A stretch of DNA of 63,451 nucleotides, counting the filler, from an uncultured Chlamydiae bacterium (GTDB lineage Bacteria > Chlamydiota > Chlamydiia > Chlamydiales > SM23-39), in assembly GCA_937899275.1 (NCBI GenBank). It is 12 parts of 12 records of this genome, joined end to end, with 100 filler letters (N's around TTAATTAATTAA, not from the genome) between each part and the next. Parts side by side here need not be neighbours in the genome. Positions count along the whole stretch, not along the records: positions 1 to 4,036 come from CALBPE010000052.1; positions 4,137 to 8,268 come from CALBPE010000054.1; positions 8,369 to 12,964 come from CALBPE010000055.1; 9 more parts are not named here. One strand, 5' to 3'. Positions 1 to 10,782 of the stretch are shown here, in pieces; within the stretch, counting starts at the first letter, position 1, and each line of letters starts with the position of its first letter. The notes under the pieces are model-generated. The model saw nothing but the letters and a program-made list of their open reading frames with translations. It was not told the origin of the DNA and ran no database searches. The translations under genes and the position numbers were made by a program.

Positions 1-2
1 GT

Positions 3-1538
3 ACGGTATTTGATGGCCTGCAAAATCCTCTTCGCATACTGGCTGATAAGGGGGGACTCTTTTTGGAAAGAGGCATTTATGAGCCTCCTTTAGATCGAGA
101 AAAGAAATGGGAATTTCAGCCTCTAGAAAACCTCCCAGAAAAACTCACAAGAGGCGATATCTTAGGGACAGTAAAAGAGGGGCGTTTTACCCATGAGATC
201 ATGGTCCCTTTCTCCTTACACGGCTTTTTTACAATCGAGAAAATCGCGCCTAAAGGAGCCTACACTGTTGATTCCATTATCGCTACTTAGCGAGATGAAA
301 AGGGCGCTTTACTAGATCTTTCTTAATTGCAACGATGGCCGGTTAAATCCCCTTTGCAGGTAGGAAAAAAAATCAAGCCATCTGCAATGATGGATACAGG
401 TCTTCGGATTATCGATACGCAGTTTCCTTTGGTTAAAGGGGGAACATTTTGTTCGCCAGGACCTTTTGGCGCTGGTAAAACAGTCTTACAGCATCACCTT
501 TCTAAGTACTCTTCTGTCGATATTGTAGTCATTGTAGCTTGTGGAGAAAGAGCAGGTGAAGTGGTTGAGGTTTTAGAAACCTTCCCTGAGCTTATTGACC
601 AGAAAACGGGCCTTTCTTTGATGGAGCGAACCGTCATGATTTGTAATACATCATCTATGCCTGTAGCCGCAAGGGAAGCTTCTGTGTACATGGGTACAAG
701 TATCGCTGAATACTACCGGCAAATGGGTTTAGACGTGCTTCTTCTAGCCGACTCTACTTCTAGATGGGCTCAGGCTATGCGGGAAATGTCAGGTAGGTTA
801 GAAGAAATACCAGGAGAAGAAGCGTTTCCAGCCTATCTTGCCTCTAGAATTGCTGCGTTTTATGAGCGCGCTGGAGTCATCGAGCTTAAAGAAACAGCTG
901 GAGAAAAGAAGAAAACCGGTTCTTTAGTTATTGGTGGAACGGTATCTCCTGCTGGAGGAAATTTTGAAGAGCCTGTAACTCAGGCTACTTTAAGCGTTGT
1001 AGGGGCGTTTTTAGCTCTTTCAAGAGAGCGATCTGACGCAAGAAGATATCCCGCTATCGATCCGTTGATTTCTTGGACAAAATATCAGGAAGTGGTCGGC
1101 TCTTCTTTAGAAAAGAAATTGCCTCAATGGACCCATTTTGTCCAAATGGCGAAAAGTATGCTAGTAGCCGGAGATGAAATTGCCAAAAGAATGGAAGTCG
1201 TTGGTGAAGAGGGCATTTCAATGCAAGATATCATCACTTACCTCAAGTCAGAGGTTTATGAAATTGGTTATTTGCAACAAAACGCTTTTGACAAAGAAGA
1301 TGCATTTTGTCCTTTACCAAGGCAAATTGACTTGTTTGCGTTGATGCAGAAGATTTTTTCTGGAGACTTTTCTTTTAAAAGCCATGATGATGCCAGAGTC
1401 TTTTTCCTCGATTTGCAAAATAGAATCAAAAATTTGAACTACCTTCCGTATCAGTCGGAAAAATATACAAAAGCGCTTGAAGCGATTCAAGCGATTTTAA
1501 AAGAGCATCTCGAACAGTGTCTGGAGGCCCATGTATGA
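3..1538 (+). CDS. atpA: V-type ATP synthase subunit A, 5'-truncated by window, with two in-frame stops (TAG 288-290, TAA 324-326)
   Basis: Frame reads [10 protein letters not shown]...[21 protein letters not shown], then GPFGAGKT Walker [18 protein letters not shown] and EEAFPAYL motifs. Confidence 0.95.
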
Positions 1539-2839
1539 AACAGCTGTATGACCGTATTTTAGCGATCCGGGGAAGCTTAATCACGATCCGCACAAAAAAA
1601 GCAGGTCTAGGTGAACTTGCTTTAGTAGAAAAAGCCAACGGCACGTCCACCCTTGCCTCTGTAGTGCGTTTTGATGAAGATCTCGCCTCATTACAGGTGT
1701 TTGAATCAACAAGAGGGATTTCTACAGGAGATCAGGTCTCTTTTTTAGGAAAAAGTATGACGGCTAGTTTTTCTGGGAAACTGCTGGGAAGACGGTTAAG
1801 TGGTAAAGGAGATCCGATTGACGATGGCCCTGCAATTGTAGGTGAAGAAGTTGAGGTGGGAAGACCTTCTTTCAATCCAATTAACCGTACCGTTCCAAAA
1901 AGTCAGGTGCGGACAAATATCCCAATGATCGACGTATTTAACTGCCTTGTCAAGTCACAAAAAATTCCGATTTTCTCCACAGCAGGCGAGCCTTATAACG
2001 AGCTTTTGATGCGTATTGCCAATCAAACCGATGCCGACGTGGTGATCATTGGAGGAATGGGCCTTCGATTTGATGACTACCAGGCATTTATTGATAATGC
2101 AGACACCTCTGGATCGATGCAAAAAACAGTGATGTTTATTCATAAAGCAACCGATCCTTTAGTCGAGTGTCTACTTGTTCCTGATATGGCGCTTGCTGTA
2201 GCGGAAAATTTTGCCCGTGAAGGTAAAGATGTGCTAGTGCTTTTAACCGATATGAGCGCTTTTGCCGATGCAATCAAAGAAATTGCCATCACTATGGATC
2301 AGATCCCATCAAATAGAGGCTATCCCGGTTCTTTATATTCTGATTTAGCCTCCCGTTATGAAAAAGCGGTAGAAATGTCAGGCAGCGGCTCAATTACCCT
2401 GCTTTCTGTCACAACTATGCCAGGAGGCGATGTAACCCATCCTATTCCTGATAATACGGGATACATCACCGAAGGGCAGTTTTACCTAGAGGGCGGTCGG
2501 ATCAACCCATTTGGTTCTCTTTCCCGTTTAAAGCAGCAGGTCATTGGGAAAGTAACAAGAGAAGATCACAACGATCTTGCCAATACCATGATCCGCCTTT
2601 ACGCTGATTCAAAAAAAGCAAATGAACGTAAATCAATGGGATTTAAACTATCTAAGTGGGATCAAAAGCTTCTGCGTTTTTCTGGGCTTTTTGAAGAGAA
2701 TATGATGAACCTTCGCGTGAATATCTCTGTAGAAGAGGCGCTAAATTTAGGTTGGCAGCTGCTGTCTGACTGTTTTTTAGTTTCTGAAATCGGAATGAAA
2801 AAAGCGTTTACCGATAAATACTGGCCAAAAGAAAAATAA
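1535..2839 (+). CDS. atpB: V-type ATP synthase subunit B
   Basis: [51 protein letters not shown] overlaps atpA stop. Confidence 0.95.
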   Translation: MKQLYDRILAIRGSLITIRTKKAGLGELALVEKANGTSTLASVVRFDEDLASLQVFESTRGISTGDQVSFLGKSMTASFSGKLLGRRLSGKGDPIDDGPAIVGEEVEVGRPSFNPINRTVPKSQVRTNIPMIDVFNCLVKSQKIPIFSTAGEPYNELLMRIANQTDADVVIIGGMGLRFDDYQAFIDNADTSGSMQKTVMFIHKATDPLVECLLVPDMALAVAENFAREGKDVLVLLTDMSAFADAIKEIAITMDQIPSNRGYPGSLYSDLASRYEKAVEMSGSGSITLLSVTTMPGGDVTHPIPDNTGYITEGQFYLEGGRINPFGSLSRLKQQVIGKVTREDHNDLANTMIRLYADSKKANERKSMGFKLSKWDQKLLRFSGLFEENMMNLRVNISVEEALNLGWQLLSDCFLVSEIGMKKAFTDKYWPKEK

Positions 2840-2842
2840 TTT

Positions 2843-3454
2843 ATGAGCACCGTTCGCCTGACAAAAAACTCTCTTAGAGATCAGCAAAAAAAATTGCAGC
2901 AGTTGCAAAAGTATTTGCCTACTCTGCAGCTGAAAAAAGGTCTTTTGCAAATGGAGGTGAACGCAACAAAAGCGCTGATCATAGAAAGGCAAAAAGAGTT
3001 AGAAACCCAAACACAAGAACTACTCGAGTTTGCCGCCTTTTTTGCATTCGACGTGCATGCGGACTTAGGCAAATTTTTACATGTAGCGCATGTAGGTAAA
3101 TCCTATGAAAATATTGCCGGTGTGGAAATTCCGATTTTTGGCCATGTGGAATTTGCTCAAGAAGACTTTTTTCTTTTCGATACCCCCATATGGTTTGATA
3201 GCGCGCTTTTCCTTGCAAAAGCAGCGATTACTATTCGAGAAAAACTGGCTATTTTGGAAGAAAAAAAACGGAGCTTAGAAAAAGAGCTTCGCGAGGTATC
3301 GATCCGGGTGAATCTATTTGAAAAGGTTTTAATTCCAAGATGTAAACAGCTGGTGAAAAAAATCCGCGTGTTTTTAGGCGACCAGGAACTGTCTGCTGTA
3401 TCCCAGGCAAAAGTAGCCAAGAAAAAAATCGAGGAAAAAAGAGAAGCAACGTGA
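2843..3454 (+). CDS. atpD: V-type ATP synthase subunit D
   Basis: YLPTLQLKK, ENIAGVEIP, RVNLFEKVLIP; operon position. Confidence 0.93.
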   Translation: MSTVRLTKNSLRDQQKKLQQLQKYLPTLQLKKGLLQMEVNATKALIIERQKELETQTQELLEFAAFFAFDVHADLGKFLHVAHVGKSYENIAGVEIPIFGHVEFAQEDFFLFDTPIWFDSALFLAKAAITIREKLAILEEKKRSLEKELREVSIRVNLFEKVLIPRCKQLVKKIRVFLGDQELSAVSQAKVAKKKIEEKREAT

Positions 3455-4036
3455 TTATACCGACAAAAAAGTATGTGATCCTAGGCTCTTTAGAAGAGCT
3501 AGATGATTTTTTTGCAGAAGCGCAAAAAAAAGGCTTTATAGAATTTTCAGGTAAAAGTTCTCGAAAGCATGCAGAGTGTACAGAAGCAAAAAAAATCTAC
3601 CGCAGCATAAAAATTCTCCAGCAAAGATCACTGGTTAAAGAAGAAAAAGCCCCTGCCTCATTTTCTCCAATAGATGAAGCGGAAAAGATCATCAAAGCGC
3701 ATGAACAAGAGCTGGACTTATTAGAACAAAAAAGGCTTTTAGAGCTAGAAGCTTCTCGGATCAAAATTTTTGGTGACTTTGACCTCGAAGCTGTTGCGGA
3801 TATTGAAGAAAAGGCAAAGCGTTTTCTCCAGTTTTATTCTTTAAAAACATCGAAAAAAGCAGAAGTACAAGTACCAGATGAATTAGTGTATATCGGCACC
3901 GAATACGATTTAGATTATTTTGTGGGGATTCATAAAGAAAAGGTTTCATACCCAGATTTTATTGAACTTACTATTGAAAAACCGCTTGGTTTAGTTCTTT
4001 GCGACTTGAAAGACGTGCAAAAAGCAATTGAAGATA
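3451..4036 (+). CDS. atpI: V-type ATP synthase subunit I, N-terminal part (cut by contig end)
   Basis: FFAEAQKKGFIEF, FGDFD, VYIGTEYDLDYFVGI; follows atpD. Confidence 0.85.
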
Positions 4037-4136
4037 NNNNNNNNNNNNNNNNNNNNNNNNNNNNNNNNNNNNNNNNNNNNTTAATTAATTAANNNNNNNN
4101 NNNNNNNNNNNNNNNNNNNNNNNNNNNNNNNNNNNN
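4037..4136. other. Artificial contig linker
   Basis: N44-TTAATTAATTAA-N44 (stops in all six frames). Confidence 0.99.
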
Positions 4137-4200
4137 AATCCGACCTCAAACCTTTTTTTCAATAACTGAGCACTTCTCAGTATACCAAATGTACAGACTA
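4137..4200 (-). mobile_element. Degenerate copy of IS256-family left-end region
   Basis: gacctcaaacctttttttcaataactgag...tacagact matches 56626-56684. Confidence 0.7.
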
Positions 4201-5172
4201 TCGCTTATCTATCTGTTTTCGGGTTTCTGTTACAGCATCCTCTAACGTTTTTATAATGGCTTTACGTGTCTTATTCGCTGCACTATTCTTAGGAAATTTA
4301 GTCTGCAATTCCTCTTCTGTAAGGGGTGTTTTATCTATTCCTCCATTTCTCGCAAATTGGAACAGGGGACCCGTCTGCTCTTCTGGCATTAAGAGTGCAT
4401 CGTCTGTGCCTATTAGAAATTTTAGGTTGGTACGCTGAATAAAGATATTCAAAGCCTCTTGGTCTTGCTTTTGAATAGCTAATCGGAGCCCCGTAGTAGA
4501 TTTTAAAGAAAGCTGAGAATTCTCTTTAAAGAATTCTACCAGACGGCTACATGTTTTTTGATCATCACTTAGCATCACTTTTTCAATTATGGCGTTAAGA
4601 GCTGATGTGTCAACATCACTTGTAATTTTAGGCTGAATAGTGCCGTAATCCTCTTTGCTGTCAACTTCTCCGCTGTCAACCTGCTTATCTGAGCCGAATA
4701 TTGCATTATCCCAATATTCATAATGGCCAACTAACCTCGTCGCTTCTTTTGCAAAGCCCACTAAACGGGACTCATCATAACCATCACACGACGCCTGATT
4801 ACTTAGAGCAGTCAATCGATCTTTTTGGGCTTGGGAAAGAGCATTATGTTGTAATAAAGGTGAAATAAAAGATATTTCTTTTATATCGAGAATGAAATTA
4901 AATAATTTATCTGATCTCTTCAAGCCACGACGCAGTGAGTATTTTAGCATGTCACCTTGGAGCCAAGAATTCCAACAATCTACGTTTTTTAAAGAAGTGA
5001 TCACAAACGTTGTTAACTTTTCTTGGTCGGGATTATCCCCTAATTTCTTAAAATCTTGTAAAAATGATGGCAGCGATGAATAGACTTTGGGCTGAGTAGG
5101 CGTGGATGTTTGATCGGGCGTCTTGCTTTCTGTTGAATATAGTCTGCCAAAGAGTGCGTTAATAGCAATCAT
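4198..5172 (-). CDS. Hypothetical protein with Ser/Thr/Pro-rich N-terminus (candidate effector)
   Basis: Long ORF; ATG at 5172 preceded by GGAG; no recognised family. Confidence 0.65.
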   Translation of the reverse strand: MIAINALFGRLYSTESKTPDQTSTPTQPKVYSSLPSFLQDFKKLGDNPDQEKLTTFVITSLKNVDCWNSWLQGDMLKYSLRRGLKRSDKLFNFILDIKEISFISPLLQHNALSQAQKDRLTALSNQASCDGYDESRLVGFAKEATRLVGHYEYWDNAIFGSDKQVDSGEVDSKEDYGTIQPKITSDVDTSALNAIIEKVMLSDDQKTCSRLVEFFKENSQLSLKSTTGLRLAIQKQDQEALNIFIQRTNLKFLIGTDDALLMPEEQTGPLFQFARNGGIDKTPLTEEELQTKFPKNSAANKTRKAIIKTLEDAVTETRKQIDKR

Positions 5173-5233
5173 AAATAAAATTCTCCAAGTTGAATTGCCA
5201 AATATTATACGTCTTTTTAAGAAAAAAACAAGT

Positions 5234-5971
5234 TTAAAGTGGAATAATGTTCCCCGAGAAAATCGCAAGGGGATTTTTTGTCGAGGCGGCTGTTTTGATG
5301 AGGCAGCCTCCTTCTGGAGAAATACCCAAAAATCTGCCTTGGATAATTTTTTGAGGGGTGGCTATTTTGATGTTTTGATTAAGATACAACAATAAGGGTT
5401 GGATGTTTTGCAGAAACCTCGGCCCTTTTTCTGTAAATTCTGTAAGATCTTTTGCGAAACGCTCTGTGATATTTTGTAAAAGGAGGGTTTTATCCCATCT
5501 TTTTTTACTATGGGCAAAAAGGGAGGTTGCGGGCTGGTCTAAGTGCTCAAGGGCTTTTTCTTCCAGTTCTATATTTAGGCCAAAACCAGAGAAGATTGAT
5601 AGAAGGCCTGTTTTTTCTTTTACTACCTCTGTCAGAACTCCGCCGCATTTTTTACCCGATAGGAAAAGATCGTTAGGCCATTTGATCTTGATGGGAAGGT
5701 TTTGGCTCATTAACGTATGCGCAATAGAATAGGCGAGAAGCTGAGAGAGCAATTGCAGAGCTAAAGGGGGCTTTTTTAGGTAAAATACATAGGTGACATA
5801 TAGGTTTTTTTCTTTGGGAGAAAACCAGGATTTTCCGTTGGTGCCTTTGCCGTGGGTTTGTTCATTTGCCTGTATGCAGGTCAATTGATCTTGAGGAAAT
5901 TCTTGATGATGTTTTTTTGCAAAGGTTTGTGTAGAGCAGGTTTTTTCTAGATAGATATACGAAATTTTCAT
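5234..5971 (-). CDS. birA: Biotin--acetyl-CoA-carboxylase ligase
   Basis: STQ, QTHGKG..W.SP, IKWPND, KKCGGVL.E motifs; divergent from rodA as in Chlamydia. Confidence 0.9.
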   Translation of the reverse strand: MKISYIYLEKTCSTQTFAKKHHQEFPQDQLTCIQANEQTHGKGTNGKSWFSPKEKNLYVTYVFYLKKPPLALQLLSQLLAYSIAHTLMSQNLPIKIKWPNDLFLSGKKCGGVLTEVVKEKTGLLSIFSGFGLNIELEEKALEHLDQPATSLFAHSKKRWDKTLLLQNITERFAKDLTEFTEKGPRFLQNIQPLLLYLNQNIKIATPQKIIQGRFLGISPEGGCLIKTAASTKNPLAIFSGNIIPL

Positions 5972-6017
5972 GATTAAAAGATAACACCTTGGTGTAGATT
6001 TTGCTAAGATAAAGTCT

Positions 6018-7151
6018 ATGAGACATCTTTGGGAATACAAAGCCCTACTTCATATAAACTACCGGCTTATCTGTACTATTTTTTGTTTGATGGGGATTTC
6101 ACTTTTGATCATCTCTTCTATGACGATGGAAGAAGAGGGGGCGTTTATGACGAGGTATGTGTATCACCAAATTCGTTGGTTTTTTCTTGGGTGGATCGCA
6201 TTTGGATTTTCTGCAGGCATCAACTACCAGCGCCTTAGAGAGTGGACCTGGCCTATTTACCTTGTATTTGTTGCGCTATTGGTCGGGCTTTTTTTTGTTC
6301 CTGCTATCCAAAATGTCCATAGGTGGTACCGCCTCCCTGGTGTGGGTATATCGATCCAGCCTTCAGAATACGCAAAGCTTGTGATTGTGTTTACTCTTGC
6401 GTGGTTTATGGAGAGAAAACAAGGGGTAATTGGATCTTTCCCCGTTTTTTGCGGGATGTTGCTGATTGTAGGAATTCCTTTTTGCTTGATCTTAAAACAG
6501 CCCGATTTAGGAACAGCTCTTGTGCTTTATCCTATTGCGTTAGTCATGTCTTATATTGCAGGTATGCATACAAAAGCTTTGTATACTTTAGGAAGCATTG
6601 GAGCTATCGGAGTTTGTACTTGTGTATTGATTTTTTCTGGGTTTTTATCTCATAGCGATGTGAAGCCTTTTGCGATGAAATTTCTTAAAGAATACCAATA
6701 CGCCCGTTTAGATCCTGATACTTACCACCAACGGTCTGCTAAAATAGCCGTTGCAATTGGAGGGGTGAGCGGAAGTGGATTTCGGCAAAGCTCTTTTTCC
6801 TCGCAGAAATGGCTTCCCGCAGCGCATACAGACTCTGTATTTGCTGCGTATGCAGAAGAGTTTGGATTTATTGGTGTGGCGGTTTTGTTTAGTTTGTTTT
6901 ATAGCTTGATCTATTTTGGTTTTCAGGTGGCGACGGCAGCAAAAGATGCGTACGGCTCTTTTTTAGCTGCAGGCATCACCGTCTATTTAGCGATGCATAT
7001 CCTTATGAATATCTCCATGATGCTAGGGCTGATTCCCATTACAGGAGTGCCTCTTCTTTTAGTGACCTACGGAGGAAGCTCAGTCTTAACCACCATGGCG
7101 GCTTTAGGGTTTTTGCAGTCGATTCATAGCAGACGGCTCATGTTTTATTGA
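6018..7151 (+). CDS. rodA: SEDS rod shape-determining protein RodA
   Basis: IQPSEYAK, KQPDLGT, LPAAHTDSVF, EEFGF, PITGVPL, YGGSS. Confidence 0.93.
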   Translation: MRHLWEYKALLHINYRLICTIFCLMGISLLIISSMTMEEEGAFMTRYVYHQIRWFFLGWIAFGFSAGINYQRLREWTWPIYLVFVALLVGLFFVPAIQNVHRWYRLPGVGISIQPSEYAKLVIVFTLAWFMERKQGVIGSFPVFCGMLLIVGIPFCLILKQPDLGTALVLYPIALVMSYIAGMHTKALYTLGSIGAIGVCTCVLIFSGFLSHSDVKPFAMKFLKEYQYARLDPDTYHQRSAKIAVAIGGVSGSGFRQSSFSSQKWLPAAHTDSVFAAYAEEFGFIGVAVLFSLFYSLIYFGFQVATAAKDAYGSFLAAGITVYLAMHILMNISMMLGLIPITGVPLLLVTYGGSSVLTTMAALGFLQSIHSRRLMFY

Positions 7152-7203
7152 CGACAAAGCGCATATCATAGATCTTACAAATAAGAAAAGCAAAGGGGTA
7201 ATT

Positions 7204-7695
7204 ATGTTCCAACATACCTTCATAACTTCTCCAGGTTCTTGGGTTGGAGAGGGGAAAATTGTATTGAATATGGTCGATGAAGATCTGGTTTTTTATACCG
7301 TTTGGAATGTTTTAAATCGGGATTTTTCTGGAGCGGTTACCTCGGTGCAGACGATTCAAATTCAGGGGCTTTCTGAAGGGATTCAAAATGAAATGCGTTT
7401 TTTTTCCTTTTCTAAAGAGGGCTTTTCCATCGAAATGCAAAATCAAAATGTGGGTAAAGTATTAGGTAGAGGCATCATCGATGAGAAAATGATCGGTTGG
7501 GAGTTTCGAGGAGGAGATCTGAAATTTGAAGGTTATGAGACCTATCTTTTGCAAGATGATGGTACGTATACCCTAAAAGGGGAATATATTTCATCGGATC
7601 AGTTTAGAACCCAGGTAGAAGGGCACATTTGGCAGCAGAAAGAAGCTTCACTAGAAGAAGATCATAAAGAGGCAGATGAGAAAGGAAAAGAATAG
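7204..7695 (+). CDS. Hypothetical protein (probably conserved chlamydial)
   Basis: 163-aa ORF with RBS, beta-rich pattern. Confidence 0.7.
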   Translation: MFQHTFITSPGSWVGEGKIVLNMVDEDLVFYTVWNVLNRDFSGAVTSVQTIQIQGLSEGIQNEMRFFSFSKEGFSIEMQNQNVGKVLGRGIIDEKMIGWEFRGGDLKFEGYETYLLQDDGTYTLKGEYISSDQFRTQVEGHIWQQKEASLEEDHKEADEKGKE

Positions 7696-8058
7696 ATGAA
7701 ACGTTTTGCACAAGGAATTTTTGCGTTATGTATATTGCATAGCTGCGCTACAGGAAAGCTGATTACGATGCATCGATTTTTTGATCTTCCCTTAGGAAGC
7801 TCAAAAGAAGAGGTAGTAGCTGTTGTGGGAGAGCCCGATGAGATCTATACGAAAGAGGAAGGGATTGAAGAGTATTGTTATGTAGAACGGCTGGAAAATG
7901 GATTTCGTATTTTAGAGGAGAGACTTTACTGTCTTACGTTTAAAGAAGGCTCTTTAATTCATAAGACAGTAAGACAAGAAAATGAGCCTCCGTATAGGCT
8001 CAATAGCTACGATCTACAGACCACTTATGGCGATGAAGGAGATCCTCAAGAAAGCTAA
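7696..8058 (+). CDS. Small lipoprotein, SmpA/BamE/OsmE-like
   Basis: Lipobox LHSC; LGSSKEEV...GEP; L.F..G.L. Confidence 0.6.
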   Translation: MKRFAQGIFALCILHSCATGKLITMHRFFDLPLGSSKEEVVAVVGEPDEIYTKEEGIEEYCYVERLENGFRILEERLYCLTFKEGSLIHKTVRQENEPPYRLNSYDLQTTYGDEGDPQES

Positions 8059-8063
8059 CAGAG

Positions 8064-8268
8064 CTAGCTTACTTTGATGTTGATGTGTACACCAGCTGGC
8101 AAAGAAAGGATTTTGAGTTTTCCAATAGTATCGGCAGTAGGCGTCATATCCATTACCCGCTTATGAGTGCAGATTTGGAACTGCTCTCGAGATTTGCGGT
8201 TTACGTGAGGGGATCTTAGTACAGAGTAGATCTCTTATTTTGAAGGCAGGGTAATGGGTCCCGATACG
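8064..8268 (-). CDS. rpsJ: 30S ribosomal protein S10, C-terminal part, with in-frame TAA (8235-8237); missing from ORF track
   Basis: Manual translation VSGPITLPSK*EIYSVLRSPHVNRKSREQF...LSLPAGVHINIK. Confidence 0.9.
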
Positions 8269-8368
8269 NNNNNNNNNNNNNNNNNNNNNNNNNNNNNNNN
8301 NNNNNNNNNNNNTTAATTAATTAANNNNNNNNNNNNNNNNNNNNNNNNNNNNNNNNNNNNNNNNNNNN
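8269..8368. other. Artificial contig linker
   Basis: N44-TTAATTAATTAA-N44. Confidence 0.99.
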
Positions 8369-8398
8369 TAGAGTAACCTTAAGAAATTTTGGAGGCAA

Positions 8399-8806
8399 AT
8401 GGAAGAGCTAGAGCAGTTGGGGCAGCAATTTAAAGAAAAACGCGAGGAGATGCAGCTTTCTTTAAAAGAAGTAGAAAATGTCACCTCGATACGGAAAATG
8501 TATTTGCAAGCGATAGAAGAGGGAAAAGTAGCGCAGTTTCTATCTCCCGTTTACGCACTTGGGTTTACCAAGCAGTATGCGATTTTTTTAGGCTATAATC
8601 CAGAAGAGCTTATTGCCAATTATCCTAAAGCTTTTCAGATTAAGCCAGAAAAACAAGAATTTTCCTACGGTATTGGCACATTAGAAACCCGCTCTACTCC
8701 AAGTGGAGCGATGCGCTCTTTACCAAGCGTTGGATGGATCGCCGGCACATTTTTTGTCTTAGGATTAGCTTGGTATTTTGCCAAGTTTTTAGGCGTAATC
8801 GATTGA
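8399..8806 (+). CDS. RodZ-like HTH protein with C-terminal TM helix
   Basis: LGQQFKEKRE..LSLKEVE..TSIR..YL.AIEEG, Y..GF.KQYA.FLG. Confidence 0.85.
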   Translation: MEELEQLGQQFKEKREEMQLSLKEVENVTSIRKMYLQAIEEGKVAQFLSPVYALGFTKQYAIFLGYNPEELIANYPKAFQIKPEKQEFSYGIGTLETRSTPSGAMRSLPSVGWIAGTFFVLGLAWYFAKFLGVID

Positions 8807-8891
8807 TTTATCGCTATTTTTCAGTTGCTCAAAACTGGTTGCAATAAAGAAACTTGCTTTCTATCATAAGGGAGTTACACGGGGCAAAATA

Positions 8892-10751
8892 ATGGATGTT
8901 ATCGGCGATTATCACATGGTAAAATACTTAGGAGAAAATGATTTTTCCTCTATGTATTTGGCAAAGCATCCCTTGATGCAAAAAAACTATCTTTTACAAG
9001 TGCTATCAGAAGACTTGATGAATGATGAGGACTTTGTCCAAAGGTTTCAAGAAGAGGTGCACGCTCTAGCAAAGTTAGACCACCCTTCTTTACTGAAAAT
9101 CCATACCATTTCTCAAGACGGAGGCAAGTTTTTCCTTGTGATGGACCCTATTGCAGATGGTATTGAAAACATCGTCCATTTGGAAAGATACCTCGATTTA
9201 AAAGGCAACGTTTTAACAGAAACAGAAATTGAAACCATTCTTCTATCGGTTGCATCTACATTAGATTACGCCCATACAATGAGTAGAGGCAAAGAGCCTT
9301 GGATTCACGGCTCGTTGAAACTAACCAATATCTTAATCGATCAAAACTCTCAGGGGAAAAAGGTGTTTTTAGCCAACTTTGGTTTGACGCATTTATTGGG
9401 GGAGGGAAGGTGCCTTTTATCTTCTTATCAAAAGCTTGCGCTTAGTATGGCGCAATCTTCGAAAGATGCAGATTACAAAACGTATCTTTCGTATATTCGG
9501 GATTTTTTCTTTCTTGCACCAGAGCAAAAAGCGTGCCTGCAAAACTGTTCTTTTGCCGGCAAAGTCGATGTGTATGCCTTTGGCGTTTTGACCTACTATC
9601 TTTTGACCAAGCAGTTTCCAGAAGGGATCATTGAGCCCATCGCCTCTTTGCAGCCTGATATGCAGCTTTCCTGGGATTTAGTCATCCGCTGTTTTTTAGA
9701 TAAAAACCCGGTAAAAAGACCTGTTTATATTGCAAAATCTATGGAGACGCTTCTTCGAAAAAAAACGGAGAGTCAAGATCTATATGCTTGGAAAGACATC
9801 GAGAAAAAAGTAGAGGATAAAATGCAGCTCTCTTTTTCATTTGATAAACCCGATGTAGAAACGAGCTCTTCTTATTTTGCCTTTCCAAAAGCGCATACAT
9901 TGAAACCAATTATTAAGCCTCCTAGTATCAATAGGCCCACATATGAGCCAGATCCTGGCGCTATTTTTCAAAAAGAGCTGAGCGTTTCTCGTTATGAGCC
10001 TACAAAAGTAGAAATCAAAGAAGTAGAGCCAATTTTTACACAAATGGTCGTTATTCCTGGAGGCACGTATTTTCGAGGAAGTAATACAGGCGCTCGTGAT
10101 GAAACCCCCAAACATGCTGTTACCATCGATAGTTTTGCCATCGATATCCATCCAGTAACCAACGAACAATTTATCCGTTTTTTGACTGCGATGGGAGGGG
10201 AAAAAGATGGAAGTAACAACGATATACTCCGCCTAAGAGACTCCCGAATTAAACGGGTAGGTGGACGGCTCTCTGTTGAATCAGGTTACAATAAGCATCC
10301 TGTTGTCGGGATTACTTGGTATGGCGCAGTTGCTTATGCAAAGTGGGTGGGTAAAAGGTTGCCTACAGAGGCAGAGTGGGAAATTGCTGCGTCTGGAGGT
10401 AAAGACTCAGGCATGTATACAACGGGAGATCATATTGAGCGCAACCAGGCGAATTTTTTCAGCAGCGACACAACCGCTGTCATGAGCTACCCCCCAGGAT
10501 TTTTCTCTCTTTATGATATGGCCGGAAATGTCTATGAATGGTGCGAGGATTGGTATGCGTATAACTACTACGATGTATCTATGCATGAACCAGAAAATCC
10601 AAAGGGACCGCCCCAAGGAGTCTACCGCGTTCTTCGAGGAGGCTGCTGGAAAAGTTTAAAAGAAGATTTACGGTTTTCTCACCGTCATAGAAACAACCCA
10701 GGCACTGTGAACCGGACCTATGGTTTTCGCTGCGCTGCGGATGTACATTGA
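8892..10751 (+). CDS. pkn1: Ser/Thr kinase-like + FGE-sulfatase (SUMF1) protein Pkn1
   Basis: Kinase fold (LAPEQ, DVYAFG); C-terminal RLPTEAEWE, DMAGNVYEW, RVLRGG, GFRC. Confidence 0.88.
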   Translation: MDVIGDYHMVKYLGENDFSSMYLAKHPLMQKNYLLQVLSEDLMNDEDFVQRFQEEVHALAKLDHPSLLKIHTISQDGGKFFLVMDPIADGIENIVHLERYLDLKGNVLTETEIETILLSVASTLDYAHTMSRGKEPWIHGSLKLTNILIDQNSQGKKVFLANFGLTHLLGEGRCLLSSYQKLALSMAQSSKDADYKTYLSYIRDFFFLAPEQKACLQNCSFAGKVDVYAFGVLTYYLLTKQFPEGIIEPIASLQPDMQLSWDLVIRCFLDKNPVKRPVYIAKSMETLLRKKTESQDLYAWKDIEKKVEDKMQLSFSFDKPDVETSSSYFAFPKAHTLKPIIKPPSINRPTYEPDPGAIFQKELSVSRYEPTKVEIKEVEPIFTQMVVIPGGTYFRGSNTGARDETPKHAVTIDSFAIDIHPVTNEQFIRFLTAMGGEKDGSNNDILRLRDSRIKRVGGRLSVESGYNKHPVVGITWYGAVAYAKWVGKRLPTEAEWEIAASGGKDSGMYTTGDHIERNQANFFSSDTTAVMSYPPGFFSLYDMAGNVYEWCEDWYAYNYYDVSMHEPENPKGPPQGVYRVLRGGCWKSLKEDLRFSHRHRNNPGTVNRTYGFRCAADVH

Positions 10752-10782
10752 AAAAAAACGACGGTTTTTGCACACTTTTCCT

